Made by a program: the position numbers and the translations under genes. Positions 50,329 through 63,302 of a stretch of DNA of 64,000 bases are shown here, piece by piece. Each line of letters opens with the position of its first letter. Position 1 is the first letter of the stretch. Under the pieces are notes generated by a model that searched no databases, was not told the DNA's origin, and saw nothing but the letters and a program-made list of their open reading frames with translations. The stretch comes from SAR86 cluster bacterium (lineage in GTDB: Bacteria; Pseudomonadota; Gammaproteobacteria; Magnimaribacterales; AG-339-G14). The stretch is taken from the NCBI GenBank assembly GCA_028140145.1, contig JAOIOC010000003.1, forward strand, positions 24,842-88,841. Direction: 5' to 3'.

Positions 50329-50799
50329 ATGAATATAAACGCTACTTTTTTTGCAGAACTCATAGCTTTTTGCATATTTGTATTCATCACTTATAGATAC
50401 ATATGGCCAAGCATGGCAAGTGTTCTTGAAGAAAGAAGAAAAGAAATTGATGAAGGCCTTCAAGCCGCAAGTGAATCTAAAAGGCAGCTAGAGGAAGCGA
50501 AAGAGGAATCTAGCAGAGTCATAGATGCCGCAAAATCTGAGGCTTCAACTTTAATTAATCAGGCCGGTTCGAGGGCCGATCAGTTAATAGATGAAGCAAA
50601 AGAGCAGGCCGCTGAGGAAGCAAAAAAAATTAAAGATACTGCTGAGTCTGATATTGCTCAAAGCACCAACAAAGCTAAAGAAACGCTCAAGGAAGAGTTA
50701 TCAGTTTTGGTCGTTGCAGGAGCTTCCAAGATTTTAAACAAAGAGATTGACGAAAGCGCAAACAAAGAAATAGTTGATCAACTTATTAAAGAATTATGA
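50329..50799 (+). CDS. atpF: ATP synthase F0 subunit b
   Basis: MNINAT, YIWP, EERRKEI.EGL, coiled coil. Confidence 0.95.
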   Translation: MNINATFFAELIAFCIFVFITYRYIWPSMASVLEERRKEIDEGLQAASESKRQLEEAKEESSRVIDAAKSEASTLINQAGSRADQLIDEAKEQAAEEAKKIKDTAESDIAQSTNKAKETLKEELSVLVVAGASKILNKEIDESANKEIVDQLIKEL

Positions 50800-51332
50800 C
50801 AAGTCAATCGATTATAGCCAGACCTTATGCAGAAGCAGCTTTTAGTGTTGCGAAGCAAGATAATTCAATTGAGGAATGGTCAACCGATTTGCAAAAAATA
50901 AAAGCAGTATGCGCCGATCAAAAAATAACTAATTTGTTGCTCAACCCTGACCTGTCTTATTCAGACAAAACAGAAATATTTATGGATCTTTTTAAAGGCG
51001 AAATATCAGACAAAGCTGCCTCATTCATAAAAGTCTGCGGAGACAACAAGAGATTAAAAAACCTTCCCGAGATCATAAACTTCTTCAACGAGCTGGCCCT
51101 TGAGAGCCTCAATAAAAAAAATGTCCATGTCTCTTCACCTTTCCAGCTAGAAGAAAAACAAATTAAAAAGATCACCTCAGCCCTTGAAAAAAGACTCGAT
51201 TCTGAGGTTGTTATAGATTTTGACATAGACAAGTCGTTAATTGGTGGATTAAAGATCGCCTATGAAGACCAGGTCCTTGATATGTCTATCAAAAGAAAAC
51301 TAGACCTGCTTCAAACACAACTAAGAAACTAA
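50796..51332 (+). CDS. atpH: ATP synthase F1 delta
   Basis: [29 protein letters not shown]. Confidence 0.95.
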   Translation: MTSQSIIARPYAEAAFSVAKQDNSIEEWSTDLQKIKAVCADQKITNLLLNPDLSYSDKTEIFMDLFKGEISDKAASFIKVCGDNKRLKNLPEIINFFNELALESLNKKNVHVSSPFQLEEKQIKKITSALEKRLDSEVVIDFDIDKSLIGGLKIAYEDQVLDMSIKRKLDLLQTQLRN

Positions 51333-51343
51333 AAAGGAGAACC

Positions 51344-52888
51344 ATGGATAATTTAAACCCCTCAGAAATAAGCGAAATTATAAAGGGAAGAATTGATTCC
51401 CTAGAAACTTCAACCACAGAATCCAACGAGGGAACGATTGTATTTCTTTCAGACGGCATCGCGAGGGTGCATGGATTAAGCGACGCAATGTACGGAGAGC
51501 TTATAGAATTTGAAGGTGGCGTTTCTGGAATGGCGCTTAATTTAGAAAGAGACTCTGTTGGTGTGGTAATTTTTGGAGACTACAAACAACTTGCCGAAGG
51601 TGGAGTGGCCAAGTGCACAGGTAAGATTTTAGAGGTTCCTGTTGGACCAGAGCTTGTCGGAAGAGTAGTAGATGCTCTTGGAAATCCAATCGATGGTAAA
51701 GGTCCAATCAAAACTAAATTAACTTCTCCGGTTGAAAAAGTTGCTCCCGGGGTAATGACAAGAAAGCCGGTTGATGAGCCTGTGCAGATAGGGCTTAAGG
51801 CAGTAGATAGTATGGTGCCAATTGGAAGAGGCCAAAGAGAATTGATTATTGGCGACCGACAAACGGGCAAGACAGCAATTGCCTTAGACGCAATCATTAA
51901 TCAAAAAGGAACGGGCGTTACTTGTGTGTATGTAGCCGTAGGGCAAAAACAATCTTCCATTGCTGCAGTGGTGAGAAAGCTTGAAGAATATGGAGCTATG
52001 GAGCATACAATTATTGTTGCAGCGGCAGCAGCGGACCCTGCCCCAATGCAATTTCTTGCGCCTTACTCAGGTTGTTCTATGGGCGAATATTTCAGAGATA
52101 AAGGGGAGGACGCGCTTATCATTTATGACGACCTTTCCAAGCAAGCTGTAGCCTATCGTCAAATATCACTTCTGCTCAGAAGGCCACCGGGAAGAGAAGC
52201 TTATCCGGGCGATATTTTTTACCTTCACTCAAGACTTCTTGAAAGAGGCTGCAGGGTGAACGAAGATTATGTTGAAGAGCAAACCGAAGGTAAAGTTAAA
52301 GGCAAAACAGGGTCTTTGACCGCTCTACCAATTATTGAAACTCAGGCTGGAGACGTCTCAGCTTTCGTTCCTACGAACGTAATTTCAATTACAGACGGTC
52401 AGATCTTCCTAGAAACCTCCTATTTCAACAAAGGTCTATTACCAGCCATGAATCCAGGTATTTCTGTCTCAAGGGTGGGTGGAGCCGCTCAAACTCCGTT
52501 GATTAAAAAATTAGGCGGAGGAGTGAGAATTGCTCTTGCCCAGTTCAGAGAGCTGGAAGCTTTTGCACAATTTGCATCGGACTTGGATGATGCGTCTAGA
52601 GAGCAACTTGAGCTTGGTCAGAAGGTAACAGAATTGATGAAGCAAAAACAATATTCACCTATGTCGGTATCAGAGATGGGGCTTGTTCTTTTTGCAGTAG
52701 ATAAAGGTTATTTAAAAGATGTGGAGCTCAATAAAATTGCAGATTTTGAATCAGCTTTGATTTCTTATATGAATTCAGAGCACAAAGATTTCATGGATAG
52801 TTTGGCGGAGAGCGGCGAACACTCAGATGAAATCCTTGCAACCTTCACAGAAGCTCTCGATAAATTTAAATCAACGCAAACTTGGTAG
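51344..52888 (+). CDS. atpA: ATP synthase F1 alpha
   Basis: [31 protein letters not shown]. Confidence 0.98.
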   Translation: MDNLNPSEISEIIKGRIDSLETSTTESNEGTIVFLSDGIARVHGLSDAMYGELIEFEGGVSGMALNLERDSVGVVIFGDYKQLAEGGVAKCTGKILEVPVGPELVGRVVDALGNPIDGKGPIKTKLTSPVEKVAPGVMTRKPVDEPVQIGLKAVDSMVPIGRGQRELIIGDRQTGKTAIALDAIINQKGTGVTCVYVAVGQKQSSIAAVVRKLEEYGAMEHTIIVAAAAADPAPMQFLAPYSGCSMGEYFRDKGEDALIIYDDLSKQAVAYRQISLLLRRPPGREAYPGDIFYLHSRLLERGCRVNEDYVEEQTEGKVKGKTGSLTALPIIETQAGDVSAFVPTNVISITDGQIFLETSYFNKGLLPAMNPGISVSRVGGAAQTPLIKKLGGGVRIALAQFRELEAFAQFASDLDDASREQLELGQKVTELMKQKQYSPMSVSEMGLVLFAVDKGYLKDVELNKIADFESALISYMNSEHKDFMDSLAESGEHSDEILATFTEALDKFKSTQTW

Positions 52889-52894
52889 CACTGA

Positions 52895-55562
<2,668 letters not shown>

Positions 55563-55604
55563 TTAAATAGGCACATAAAAGTCAGCTTAGTTGCTCAACC
55601 GCCT

Positions 55605-56954
55605 ATGAATTTAGATATTGTTATATTGGCAGCAGGAAAAGGCACCCGTATGGGAAGCTCTTTGCCTAAAGTTTTAGCAAGCCTTGCAGGACGGCCAATG
55701 CTGGAGCATGTCTTGGATTCAGTATCACAATTAAAGAAAACTAAATTGCACGTTGTCGTAGGACACGAAGCGCAACAGGTAAGAAAAACTTTTTCTGGCA
55801 ATAAGAAAATAAACTGGATCAAACAGACAAAACAACTTGGAACTGGGCACGCAGTAAAGCAAGCAACTAATCATATAAGATCCAATTCAAACGTAGTTAT
55901 TTTGTATGGCGATGTTCCCCTTATCTCTGAGACCACGATTTCCAAACTAGCCAAGCTGGCTTCTAAAGGACCGGCCCTGCTTACTTTCAATAAAGAAAAT
56001 CCAACTGGTTATGGAAGAATAGTAAGAGGTTCAAGAAATAAGATAGAAGCAATAATTGAAGAAAAAGATGCCTCACCATCTGAGAAAGAAATTTCTGAGG
56101 TTAATTCTGGAATTATGGCTTTTAAAGCTAAAGATCTTATTCGCTTGCTAGGAAAAATCAAAAACAACAACAAGGCTAAAGAGTTTTATCTGACCGATAC
56201 GGTTCATGAGGCGCATCTCGAAAAATTAAATATTCAGTCATTGAGCTTAAGTGATACAAATGAAGTTTTAGGTTGTAATACGCTTGAAGAGCTTCAAGCA
56301 TTAGAAAAGGCTTATCACATTTTCACTGCGAAAAAATTTCTTAACAAAGGAGTTTCTTTTGCCGACATAGAAAAAGTTAAATTTAGGGGAAACATCTCAA
56401 TAGAAAAGGGTGCCTTTATAGATGAGAATGTTATTTTTGAAGGTACTGTTTCAATTGGAACTAATGCAAAAATTGGTCCAGGATGCATCATTTCAAATTC
56501 AAAAATCGGTAAAAACGCTAAACTTCTTGCATATTCTTTTGTCGAAGAATCTATGCTTGAAAGCAATGCGAAAGCAGGACCGTTTGCTCATGTTGGAGTC
56601 CAAACGAGAATGGAAGAGGGGGCAGAGATTGGAAACTTTGTTGAGACAAAAAGAAGCAATATAGGAGCCAACTCAAAAGCAAAACACCTTGCTTACATTG
56701 GCGACGGTAGAATAGGAAAAGGCGTCAACATTGGCGCTGGCACGATCTTTTGTAATTACGATGGCGTTAAAAAGCATATCACCAAAATTGAGGATGATGC
56801 TTTCATAGGATCAAACTCAGCCTTGGTAGCTCCTTTGACGATCGGTGCAAAATCTTACATTGGCTCTGGATCTGTCGTCACAAAAAATGTTGGTAAAGGC
56901 CAACTAGCTATTGGAAGGGGCAGACAAAAAAACATGCCTAATAGGAAAAAATAA
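55605..56954 (+). CDS. glmU: Bifunctional GlcN-1-P acetyltransferase / GlcNAc-1-P uridyltransferase
   Basis: LAAGKGTRM, QLGTGHAV, YGDVP, GYGRI, hexapeptide repeats, KHLAYIGD, CNYDG. Confidence 0.96.
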   Translation: MNLDIVILAAGKGTRMGSSLPKVLASLAGRPMLEHVLDSVSQLKKTKLHVVVGHEAQQVRKTFSGNKKINWIKQTKQLGTGHAVKQATNHIRSNSNVVILYGDVPLISETTISKLAKLASKGPALLTFNKENPTGYGRIVRGSRNKIEAIIEEKDASPSEKEISEVNSGIMAFKAKDLIRLLGKIKNNNKAKEFYLTDTVHEAHLEKLNIQSLSLSDTNEVLGCNTLEELQALEKAYHIFTAKKFLNKGVSFADIEKVKFRGNISIEKGAFIDENVIFEGTVSIGTNAKIGPGCIISNSKIGKNAKLLAYSFVEESMLESNAKAGPFAHVGVQTRMEEGAEIGNFVETKRSNIGANSKAKHLAYIGDGRIGKGVNIGAGTIFCNYDGVKKHITKIEDDAFIGSNSALVAPLTIGAKSYIGSGSVVTKNVGKGQLAIGRGRQKNMPNRKK

Positions 56955-58780
56955 TGTGTGGAATCATCGCAGCATCAACTGAAAGGAGTATCGGTAAGCT
57001 CTTGATTCAAGGTCTTTATAAGATGGAATATCGAGGCTATGATTCTGCTGGCATTGCAATGCACACAGAAAATAAAGTTGCGCATCTGAGAGCTCTGGGA
57101 AAAGTAAAGCTTCTTGAAGATTTAATGATTAATGAGAAGCCTAAAGGAAAAGTTGGCATTGCACACACTCGTTGGGCAACCCACGGCGAACCCTCTGAGG
57201 TCAATGCCCATCCACACCAATCAAACGAAAGAATTTTCATTGTCCACAACGGCATTATTGAAAATTATTTGGAGCTCAAAGATGAATTAGCTAGTAAAGG
57301 TTATGCTTTTACCTCTAAAACAGATTCAGAATTAATAGCGCATCTTCTTGATAGTTACCTAGAAGAGGGCTCATCTTTGCTCAAAGCCACCAAGCAACTT
57401 AAAGACAAGCTTCAAGGAGCCTATGCAATCGCAGCACTGGATCATAGCGACCCAAATACACTGGTACTTGCTCGAAATCGATCGCCCCTATTGATTGGCC
57501 TAGGCGAAGATGAAAATTTTGCTGCTTCCGATCCCTTAGCGCTTGCTGATCTTACAAATAAATTCCTTATTTTAGAAGACGGCGATGTCGCAAAAATTAG
57601 TCCTAATAATGTAGAAATATTCGATAAAAATAATAAAGCCTGCAAAAGGGATATTCAGATTATTGATATCAAAAGCGAGGCAGCATCAAAAGGCGACTAT
57701 AAGCATTTCATGGAAAAAGAAATCTATGAGCAGCCTAACGCGATATTAAATACTCTTGATGGAAGAGTGGGTGGCGACGATGTTTTAGAAAATATTTTTG
57801 GCGAGGGATCAAATAACCTTTTTGCAAAAGTTAAAAGAATTCAAATCGCTGCATGTGGCACAAGTCTCCATGCAGGCCGAGTTGCTGCAAACTGGTTCTC
57901 AGCTATAGCTGGGCTGCCAACCCAAATAGATTACGCTAGCGAGTATCGTTATAAAAATCCCTATGTGGATAAAAACACTCTTTTGGTTACTATTTCTCAA
58001 TCTGGAGAAACTGCTGATACTTTAGCCGCCCTCCGTTATGCCAAAGATCAAAAATATCTTGCTTCTTTGGCAATTTGTAATGTGCCAACTAGCTCATTAG
58101 CCAGAGAGTCAGATTTTTTACTTCTAACCAACGCAGGACCAGAAATTGGCGTAGCTTCCACAAAAGCTTTTACCACGCAGCTCATAGCCTTGATGTTATT
58201 GACGTTGTCACTGGCAAAAGCCTCTGGCACGAATCCAAAGCTCAGGTCTAGAGTAATCCAAGCTTTGCGTCAGATGCCCGATATTGTTGAGAAAAGTCTT
58301 GAGCTAAAGGGTGATATCGTTGATATAGCTTCTGAGATTGCTCAACAGGATAATGCTTTATTTTTAGGGCGAGGGATGTTTTATCCCATAGCAAAAGAGG
58401 GCGCCCTCAAACTCAAAGAAATTTCTTACATTCATGCAGAAGCTTATCCTGCCGGAGAGTTAAAGCACGGACCGCTTGCATTAATCGATGAGCGCATGCC
58501 GGTAGTAGCAATTGCTCCGGAACACGAACTAGCAGAGAAATTGGTATCCAACCTAGAAGAGGTCAAAGCAAGAGGCGGCGCATTGTATGTGTTTGGTAAT
58601 GCAAAAGAAAAACTTTCTCTTGAAAGAGGCAAATATATCAGCATGCCTGAGTGCGATTTTTTACTAACGCCAATTTTATACACCATCCCTCTGCAAATTT
58701 TATCTTACGAAGTCGCCTTAATCAGAGGCACAGATATTGATCAACCAAGAAACTTAGCTAAGTCAGTCACTGTGGAGTAG
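56954..58780 (+). CDS. glmS: Glutamine--fructose-6-phosphate transaminase
   Basis: MCGI, EYRGYDSAG, HTRWATHG, SQSGETADT, PRNLAKSVTVE. Confidence 0.98.
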   Translation: MCGIIAASTERSIGKLLIQGLYKMEYRGYDSAGIAMHTENKVAHLRALGKVKLLEDLMINEKPKGKVGIAHTRWATHGEPSEVNAHPHQSNERIFIVHNGIIENYLELKDELASKGYAFTSKTDSELIAHLLDSYLEEGSSLLKATKQLKDKLQGAYAIAALDHSDPNTLVLARNRSPLLIGLGEDENFAASDPLALADLTNKFLILEDGDVAKISPNNVEIFDKNNKACKRDIQIIDIKSEAASKGDYKHFMEKEIYEQPNAILNTLDGRVGGDDVLENIFGEGSNNLFAKVKRIQIAACGTSLHAGRVAANWFSAIAGLPTQIDYASEYRYKNPYVDKNTLLVTISQSGETADTLAALRYAKDQKYLASLAICNVPTSSLARESDFLLLTNAGPEIGVASTKAFTTQLIALMLLTLSLAKASGTNPKLRSRVIQALRQMPDIVEKSLELKGDIVDIASEIAQQDNALFLGRGMFYPIAKEGALKLKEISYIHAEAYPAGELKHGPLALIDERMPVVAIAPEHELAEKLVSNLEEVKARGGALYVFGNAKEKLSLERGKYISMPECDFLLTPILYTIPLQILSYEVALIRGTDIDQPRNLAKSVTVE

Positions 58781-58804
58781 TTTGCAACAGTAAATTAGAA
58801 TCAC

Positions 58805-59320
58805 ATGAGATCATCAGAAAAAAAAGATTACTTAGAACAACTGCTTTCTAGCAAAACAACTGTCTTCATGGATGAAATATCTAAATTTAACATAAAGGAT
58901 AGCGGGCTTTATATTTTGCAACCATGCTTTGATTTAGAAAAAATAACCGGCGAATCCTATTTAAAAGTTGGCATGACAATTGGAAAAACAGGTTTAAGGG
59001 GCAGGCTTTCCACGCACTTCTCTAATCATCTTAGGCTTTGTGACGGAAAACTGAAAAGCCCGACAGTTCTTAGTAGACATATGTACCTTGACAGAACTTT
59101 ATCGAAAGAACTTGGTTTAGATTTTACTATTCATTCCGATAGAAAAAAGTTCTTGAAAGAACTCTGTTATTTCCAAGTCCTCCCATTAAAAGAATTTAAT
59201 TGGGCTTCAGCAGAGGAAAAGAGGATGAAAAGAGGGGAATTAAAGAAAATTGAATCTTCACAGATAGAAAACAAGGTAAGATCAAAAACAAGGTATATCG
59301 ATGATGTCATTGAAAGATAA
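58805..59320 (+). CDS. GIY-YIG-like nuclease (putative)
   Basis: SGLY...YLKVGMT...LRGRL..H, plus a late Glu (KKIE). Confidence 0.55.
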   Translation: MRSSEKKDYLEQLLSSKTTVFMDEISKFNIKDSGLYILQPCFDLEKITGESYLKVGMTIGKTGLRGRLSTHFSNHLRLCDGKLKSPTVLSRHMYLDRTLSKELGLDFTIHSDRKKFLKELCYFQVLPLKEFNWASAEEKRMKRGELKKIESSQIENKVRSKTRYIDDVIER

Positions 59321-59423
59321 GAAGCGAAACTTATCGAAAACCTGATAAAGTCAGTATTGTTAACAAGCGATAAATGACTGTTGCAAAACACTCCGTCACT
59401 GTGGAATAGATTAAAGAGCAATT

Positions 59424-60947
59424 TTGATATTTTATAGTTTAAAAAAATCCAGACTTTACATTTTTTTGATATTTAGCATTGTTTTGACCTCTCAAATCTA
59501 TGCAAACGAATTTAAAGTTGGGTTTGCAGAGCTTCCAATTACTCCCAATCTGATTGATGAATGGAAAGATATAAATAACGACGCTCAATTCGATGCAGAT
59601 ATTGACAAGTGGACTGATGTAAACGGGAATAACCAATTTGATGCAGTCTGGATGGCAGGTTTTCAAAATAAACGAGCTGCTCAAAGAGTTAAAGACGACC
59701 TCATGGCGGTAACTGCGGTGATTGACGATGGTCAGACTCGGATAGGAATTATTAGTGCTGACACTATTGGGCTGATGAGAAAATTTGTGCTCAGTGTCCG
59801 TGAGGATGTTCCTTCAGAGTGGGGTTTAGATTACATCATGGTGCATGCAACTCATAATCATGAGGGCCCAGATACTCAAGGCCTTTGGGGTCCAAGTTTT
59901 TTAAAAAGTGGTGTTGATGATCTTTATATGGAGAAGCTCAAGAAGGATTTCTTAAGCACATTAAAAATGGCTATAGATAACTTGGAGCCTGCAGAAATGA
60001 GTTTGGCTTTAATTCCAACCAATCCTCTCACGCCCATCAAAGATAAAAGAAAACCTATCGTGATAGACGACGACATAAGAGCAATTTTGTTTAATCGTCC
60101 CGATGGCTCAATTATAGGTTCGCTAATTAACTTTGGAATCCACGTCGAACTTACGTGGGATAAAAACCTAGAATTAACTGCTGATGTTGCAGGCTACTTA
60201 AGAAGAGGGATTAGTGAAGGCATTTATTATGATAATCAGCTTGTTAGAGCTGGACTTGGTGGAACCACGTTATGGCTTACAGGAAACATTGGAGGCCTTA
60301 TGACATCAGGGCCAACCGATCCAATTTATGATCCTGTTTTAAAAAAAATGCTCACCAAACCAAGTCATGCAAAAGCACGTGCTTATGGATATAGTCTAGC
60401 AAGCAGCATCATAGAGGCTTATCATTCAGGTGATTTTGAGCAGTCGTCAAAGCCAGCCATAACCGTCCACACGACAGAAATAGAATTAGGCATAGAAAAT
60501 TTCATGCTCTCACTAGGCACTTTGCTTGGCGTGATTGATACCGATCTTAAATTCAGCTTGATGCCGCCATTTATACGTTATCTCAGCGAAGTAGCATTCA
60601 TACAATTAGGAGATGCAACTATTACTGGCGTTCCTGGAGAACTCTATCCAGAAATTGCTGTTGGAGGCATAGAAAATCCTATGGGCGCAGATTACGTGAT
60701 GGCTCCTCAAGAAGTTCCACATCTAAGAAGTCAATTTCCAGACAAACTTAATTTAATGGTGAATTTAGCAAATGATTCAATTGGTTACATCATTCCGAAA
60801 AGTGAATGGGATGAAGACGCCCCCTGGATCTACGGAGAGAATGAAGAAACTTATGGCGAGATCGTATCTTTGGGTCCAAATACTGCCCCTATAATCCATG
60901 AAAATATTGTTAAGCTTATTGAAGAATCAAAAAAAAATAATGAATAG
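59424..60947 (+). CDS. Neutral/alkaline ceramidase-like metallohydrolase, secreted
   Basis: KVGFA...ITP, WMAGF, DDL, HATHNHEGPD, PGELYPE, LANDSIGYI, YGE; start uncertain (TTG). Confidence 0.75.
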   Translation: MIFYSLKKSRLYIFLIFSIVLTSQIYANEFKVGFAELPITPNLIDEWKDINNDAQFDADIDKWTDVNGNNQFDAVWMAGFQNKRAAQRVKDDLMAVTAVIDDGQTRIGIISADTIGLMRKFVLSVREDVPSEWGLDYIMVHATHNHEGPDTQGLWGPSFLKSGVDDLYMEKLKKDFLSTLKMAIDNLEPAEMSLALIPTNPLTPIKDKRKPIVIDDDIRAILFNRPDGSIIGSLINFGIHVELTWDKNLELTADVAGYLRRGISEGIYYDNQLVRAGLGGTTLWLTGNIGGLMTSGPTDPIYDPVLKKMLTKPSHAKARAYGYSLASSIIEAYHSGDFEQSSKPAITVHTTEIELGIENFMLSLGTLLGVIDTDLKFSLMPPFIRYLSEVAFIQLGDATITGVPGELYPEIAVGGIENPMGADYVMAPQEVPHLRSQFPDKLNLMVNLANDSIGYIIPKSEWDEDAPWIYGENEETYGEIVSLGPNTAPIIHENIVKLIEESKKNNE

Positions 60948-60961
60948 AGTAAAATACTTGC

Positions 60962-62185
60962 ATGGGGAAAATTGAAAAAAATAAGCCTGCTGTATTGAAA
61001 GATCCCAATTTACAACTCCCTGAAGTTGATTGGCTTGAAAAGGAATCTAATCCCGACAAATTTTTTAAAGATCTTAGATATGCCTTATCTGAATTTGGAT
61101 TTATGGTGCTTACAAATGCGCCAGGCCTATCCGATGAATTCCAACAACAAGCATTTAAAGAAGTTAGAGGCTTTTTTGATTCACCGGTAGAGCTTAAAAA
61201 AACTTCCTATATTGGAAAAACTCCATATTTTAGAGGATACAGTTTACCGACACCGGCTGATAGTGGTTATGGACAAGTCATCGAAGCATTTCAATATGGC
61301 TTTGAACAAGAACCTTTATGTAAACACGATGATAAATCTCAGCCCATTCATCGCAGATTATTTCGTGGCCCAAATACTTGGCCAGATGAAGAGTCGCTTC
61401 CAGGATTTAGACCATTAATTGATGATTTAAATCAGCGTTATCATCGCTTAACCCACTTGTTAGGTGAGGCAATTGTTGAATCATTAGGAGAAGACGTTGA
61501 AGCATTTCGTGAATATTTTGATTTTGACGATCCTGATTTGGCTGCCAGCCTTAATCATAATTTTGGACTAGATGCCTATGCTGAGGAAGATCAAGATAAA
61601 GTTCGTAAGGAATATAAAAAATTTTCAAGCGATAAGGTCGGTGCGCATATTGATGGGCCACCTTTCATTGCTCTGTTAATAAATGATAGACCTGGGCTTC
61701 AAGTTGTAGCAGCAGAAGGCGAGTGGATTGATGCGCCAGTTACCTGTCGAACAGCGCCGGGAGATTATCATGTTCCCGTAATTCCTGGAGCAGTCATTGT
61801 AAATACTGGTGGAACGCTTATGCATTTAAGTGAGGGACGTTACTCAGCAACCTTGCATCGAGTTAACACTACCTTAATTCCTAAGGGCGAAACACGAGTC
61901 TCAATGCCTTATTTCTTAATACCAAAAATGGAGGGAGACTTAATACCTTTTGGTAAATTCGAAGCTGGCTCGGTTGGCGTTGGAGGTTATGAATCTGGAC
62001 GAGATCGAGGCGCTAATGCAAGCGTCAACCGAATGGGAACTTTTCCTCAAGTGACGCGTCGTTGGTGGGCTGAAGAATATTCAGAGCTTCGCCAACAACA
62101 GCGGGATGAAGTTGAAGCCGAAACTAAGGCAGCATATAAGCTCGCCAAAGAAAGGGGCCAACGCTTCACTCAGCAGAAAACATAA
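60962..62185 (+). CDS. Isopenicillin N synthase-like 2OG-Fe(II) oxygenase
   Basis: DIOX_N-type GFM.L.N and FRGY, GPNTWP, HID...HRV facial triad, RVS 2OG-binding motif. Confidence 0.88.
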   Translation: MGKIEKNKPAVLKDPNLQLPEVDWLEKESNPDKFFKDLRYALSEFGFMVLTNAPGLSDEFQQQAFKEVRGFFDSPVELKKTSYIGKTPYFRGYSLPTPADSGYGQVIEAFQYGFEQEPLCKHDDKSQPIHRRLFRGPNTWPDEESLPGFRPLIDDLNQRYHRLTHLLGEAIVESLGEDVEAFREYFDFDDPDLAASLNHNFGLDAYAEEDQDKVRKEYKKFSSDKVGAHIDGPPFIALLINDRPGLQVVAAEGEWIDAPVTCRTAPGDYHVPVIPGAVIVNTGGTLMHLSEGRYSATLHRVNTTLIPKGETRVSMPYFLIPKMEGDLIPFGKFEAGSVGVGGYESGRDRGANASVNRMGTFPQVTRRWWAEEYSELRQQQRDEVEAETKAAYKLAKERGQRFTQQKT

Positions 62186-62194
62186 AAAAGTTTT

Positions 62195-62638
62195 ATGGTC
62201 TCAGACAAAATAAGGCAGTTCCTAAATTCCTGGAAAAATGGCGTTATAGAAATTGGAAAAGTTTACACTGATGGTGGGGATTATAAAAAATGCGCAGAAA
62301 ACTTCCTGAGCGCTCATTATACTTTTGATATCGAAGATGTTTTATTCAAGCCCACTTTTACAAAAGAAGTAATATTCAGAAATAAAAAAGATGATGCACT
62401 GTCCTACTTTGTGAAGGGCAGCATAGAGGAAGATAATGGTTTTGCGCTTAAGCCTTGGGAGAGCATCGATCTTGTTGAGGTAAATTCTATCGAGGAAGAA
62501 TCTTTAACAATTGCAATGGGCACTTTTAACTTCAAGCCTGTTAATCAAGATGTAATTACTCTTGTTGCATTTACATTCCTCCTGATCGAAGATAAAAATT
62601 CTTTTAAAATAAAGGTTCATCACTCATCTCCAGTTTAA
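62195..62638 (+). CDS. Iota-class carbonic anhydrase-like protein (COG4337, NTF2-like fold)
   Basis: VLFKPT, ALSYFV, ED.GFALKPW, AMG, C-terminal HHSS. Confidence 0.75.
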   Translation: MVSDKIRQFLNSWKNGVIEIGKVYTDGGDYKKCAENFLSAHYTFDIEDVLFKPTFTKEVIFRNKKDDALSYFVKGSIEEDNGFALKPWESIDLVEVNSIEEESLTIAMGTFNFKPVNQDVITLVAFTFLLIEDKNSFKIKVHHSSPV

Positions 62639-62709
62639 TTTTCTCCCTTTTTCAAATTGTTGTATTTAATAAGGAATGCAAGTAACTTAATTTAAAAATA
62701 GGAGAGAAA

Positions 62710-63231
62710 ATGAGAAGAATAATTACAGGTCATAACAATAACGGAAAATCTATCATATCTATTGATGGGCCGCCGGCAAGAACAATCGGAGAAGAAGCAG
62801 GAGGTCTTTATGAAATCTGGAATACCGATGGAAGTGGATTCGATACAACTTCAAAGAACGACAGAGCTGATATTGATATCGTATTGTCCCCTGTGCAAAA
62901 AGGAACAAAGTTCAGATATTTTCAGATAAATCCTATTCCCGAAGGAGTTCCTCAAGAAGCCATCGAAGCAGCTACTGCAGCGGCTTTTGAAAAAATGGGT
63001 GCTGCTCATCATAGAGTAGACACATCAAGAAATGCTGCTATGCACGAAACACATACCATCGATTACATTATTCTCCTAAAAGGTGACGTGACTTTGATCT
63101 TAGACGAAGAGGAGGTTCAGCTAAAGCCTCACGATGTTGTTGTGCAGAGAGGAACAAATCATGCTTGGGTAAACAATGGATCAGAACCAGCCCTTTTAAT
63201 AGCTGTGCTTATTGATAGCAGTATCGTTTAA
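62710..63231 (+). CDS. Cupin-domain protein
   Basis: RRIITGHN..GKS, MHETHTIDY, VVQRGTNHAW.N; AGGAG SD. Confidence 0.9.
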   Translation: MRRIITGHNNNGKSIISIDGPPARTIGEEAGGLYEIWNTDGSGFDTTSKNDRADIDIVLSPVQKGTKFRYFQINPIPEGVPQEAIEAATAAAFEKMGAAHHRVDTSRNAAMHETHTIDYIILLKGDVTLILDEEEVQLKPHDVVVQRGTNHAWVNNGSEPALLIAVLIDSSIV

Positions 63232-63302
63232 TTTATATTTTTGTAAAAAGGCTAACAAACCTAGTTACTTAATGTAGAGTATGAACTCTTGAGAAGTGAA
63301 AA

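Noticed and set aside
50314-50329. parS-like TTATTCACGTAAAACA at the atpE/atpF junction
   Set aside because: Three mismatches to consensus and explained by the atpE last codons and stop; at best a weak secondary site
59321-59423. Short inverted repeats (TTATC/GATAA, AGTCA/TGACT) after the GIY-YIG-like gene
   Set aside because: Only 5 bp each; not enough to call a riboswitch, terminator or element end
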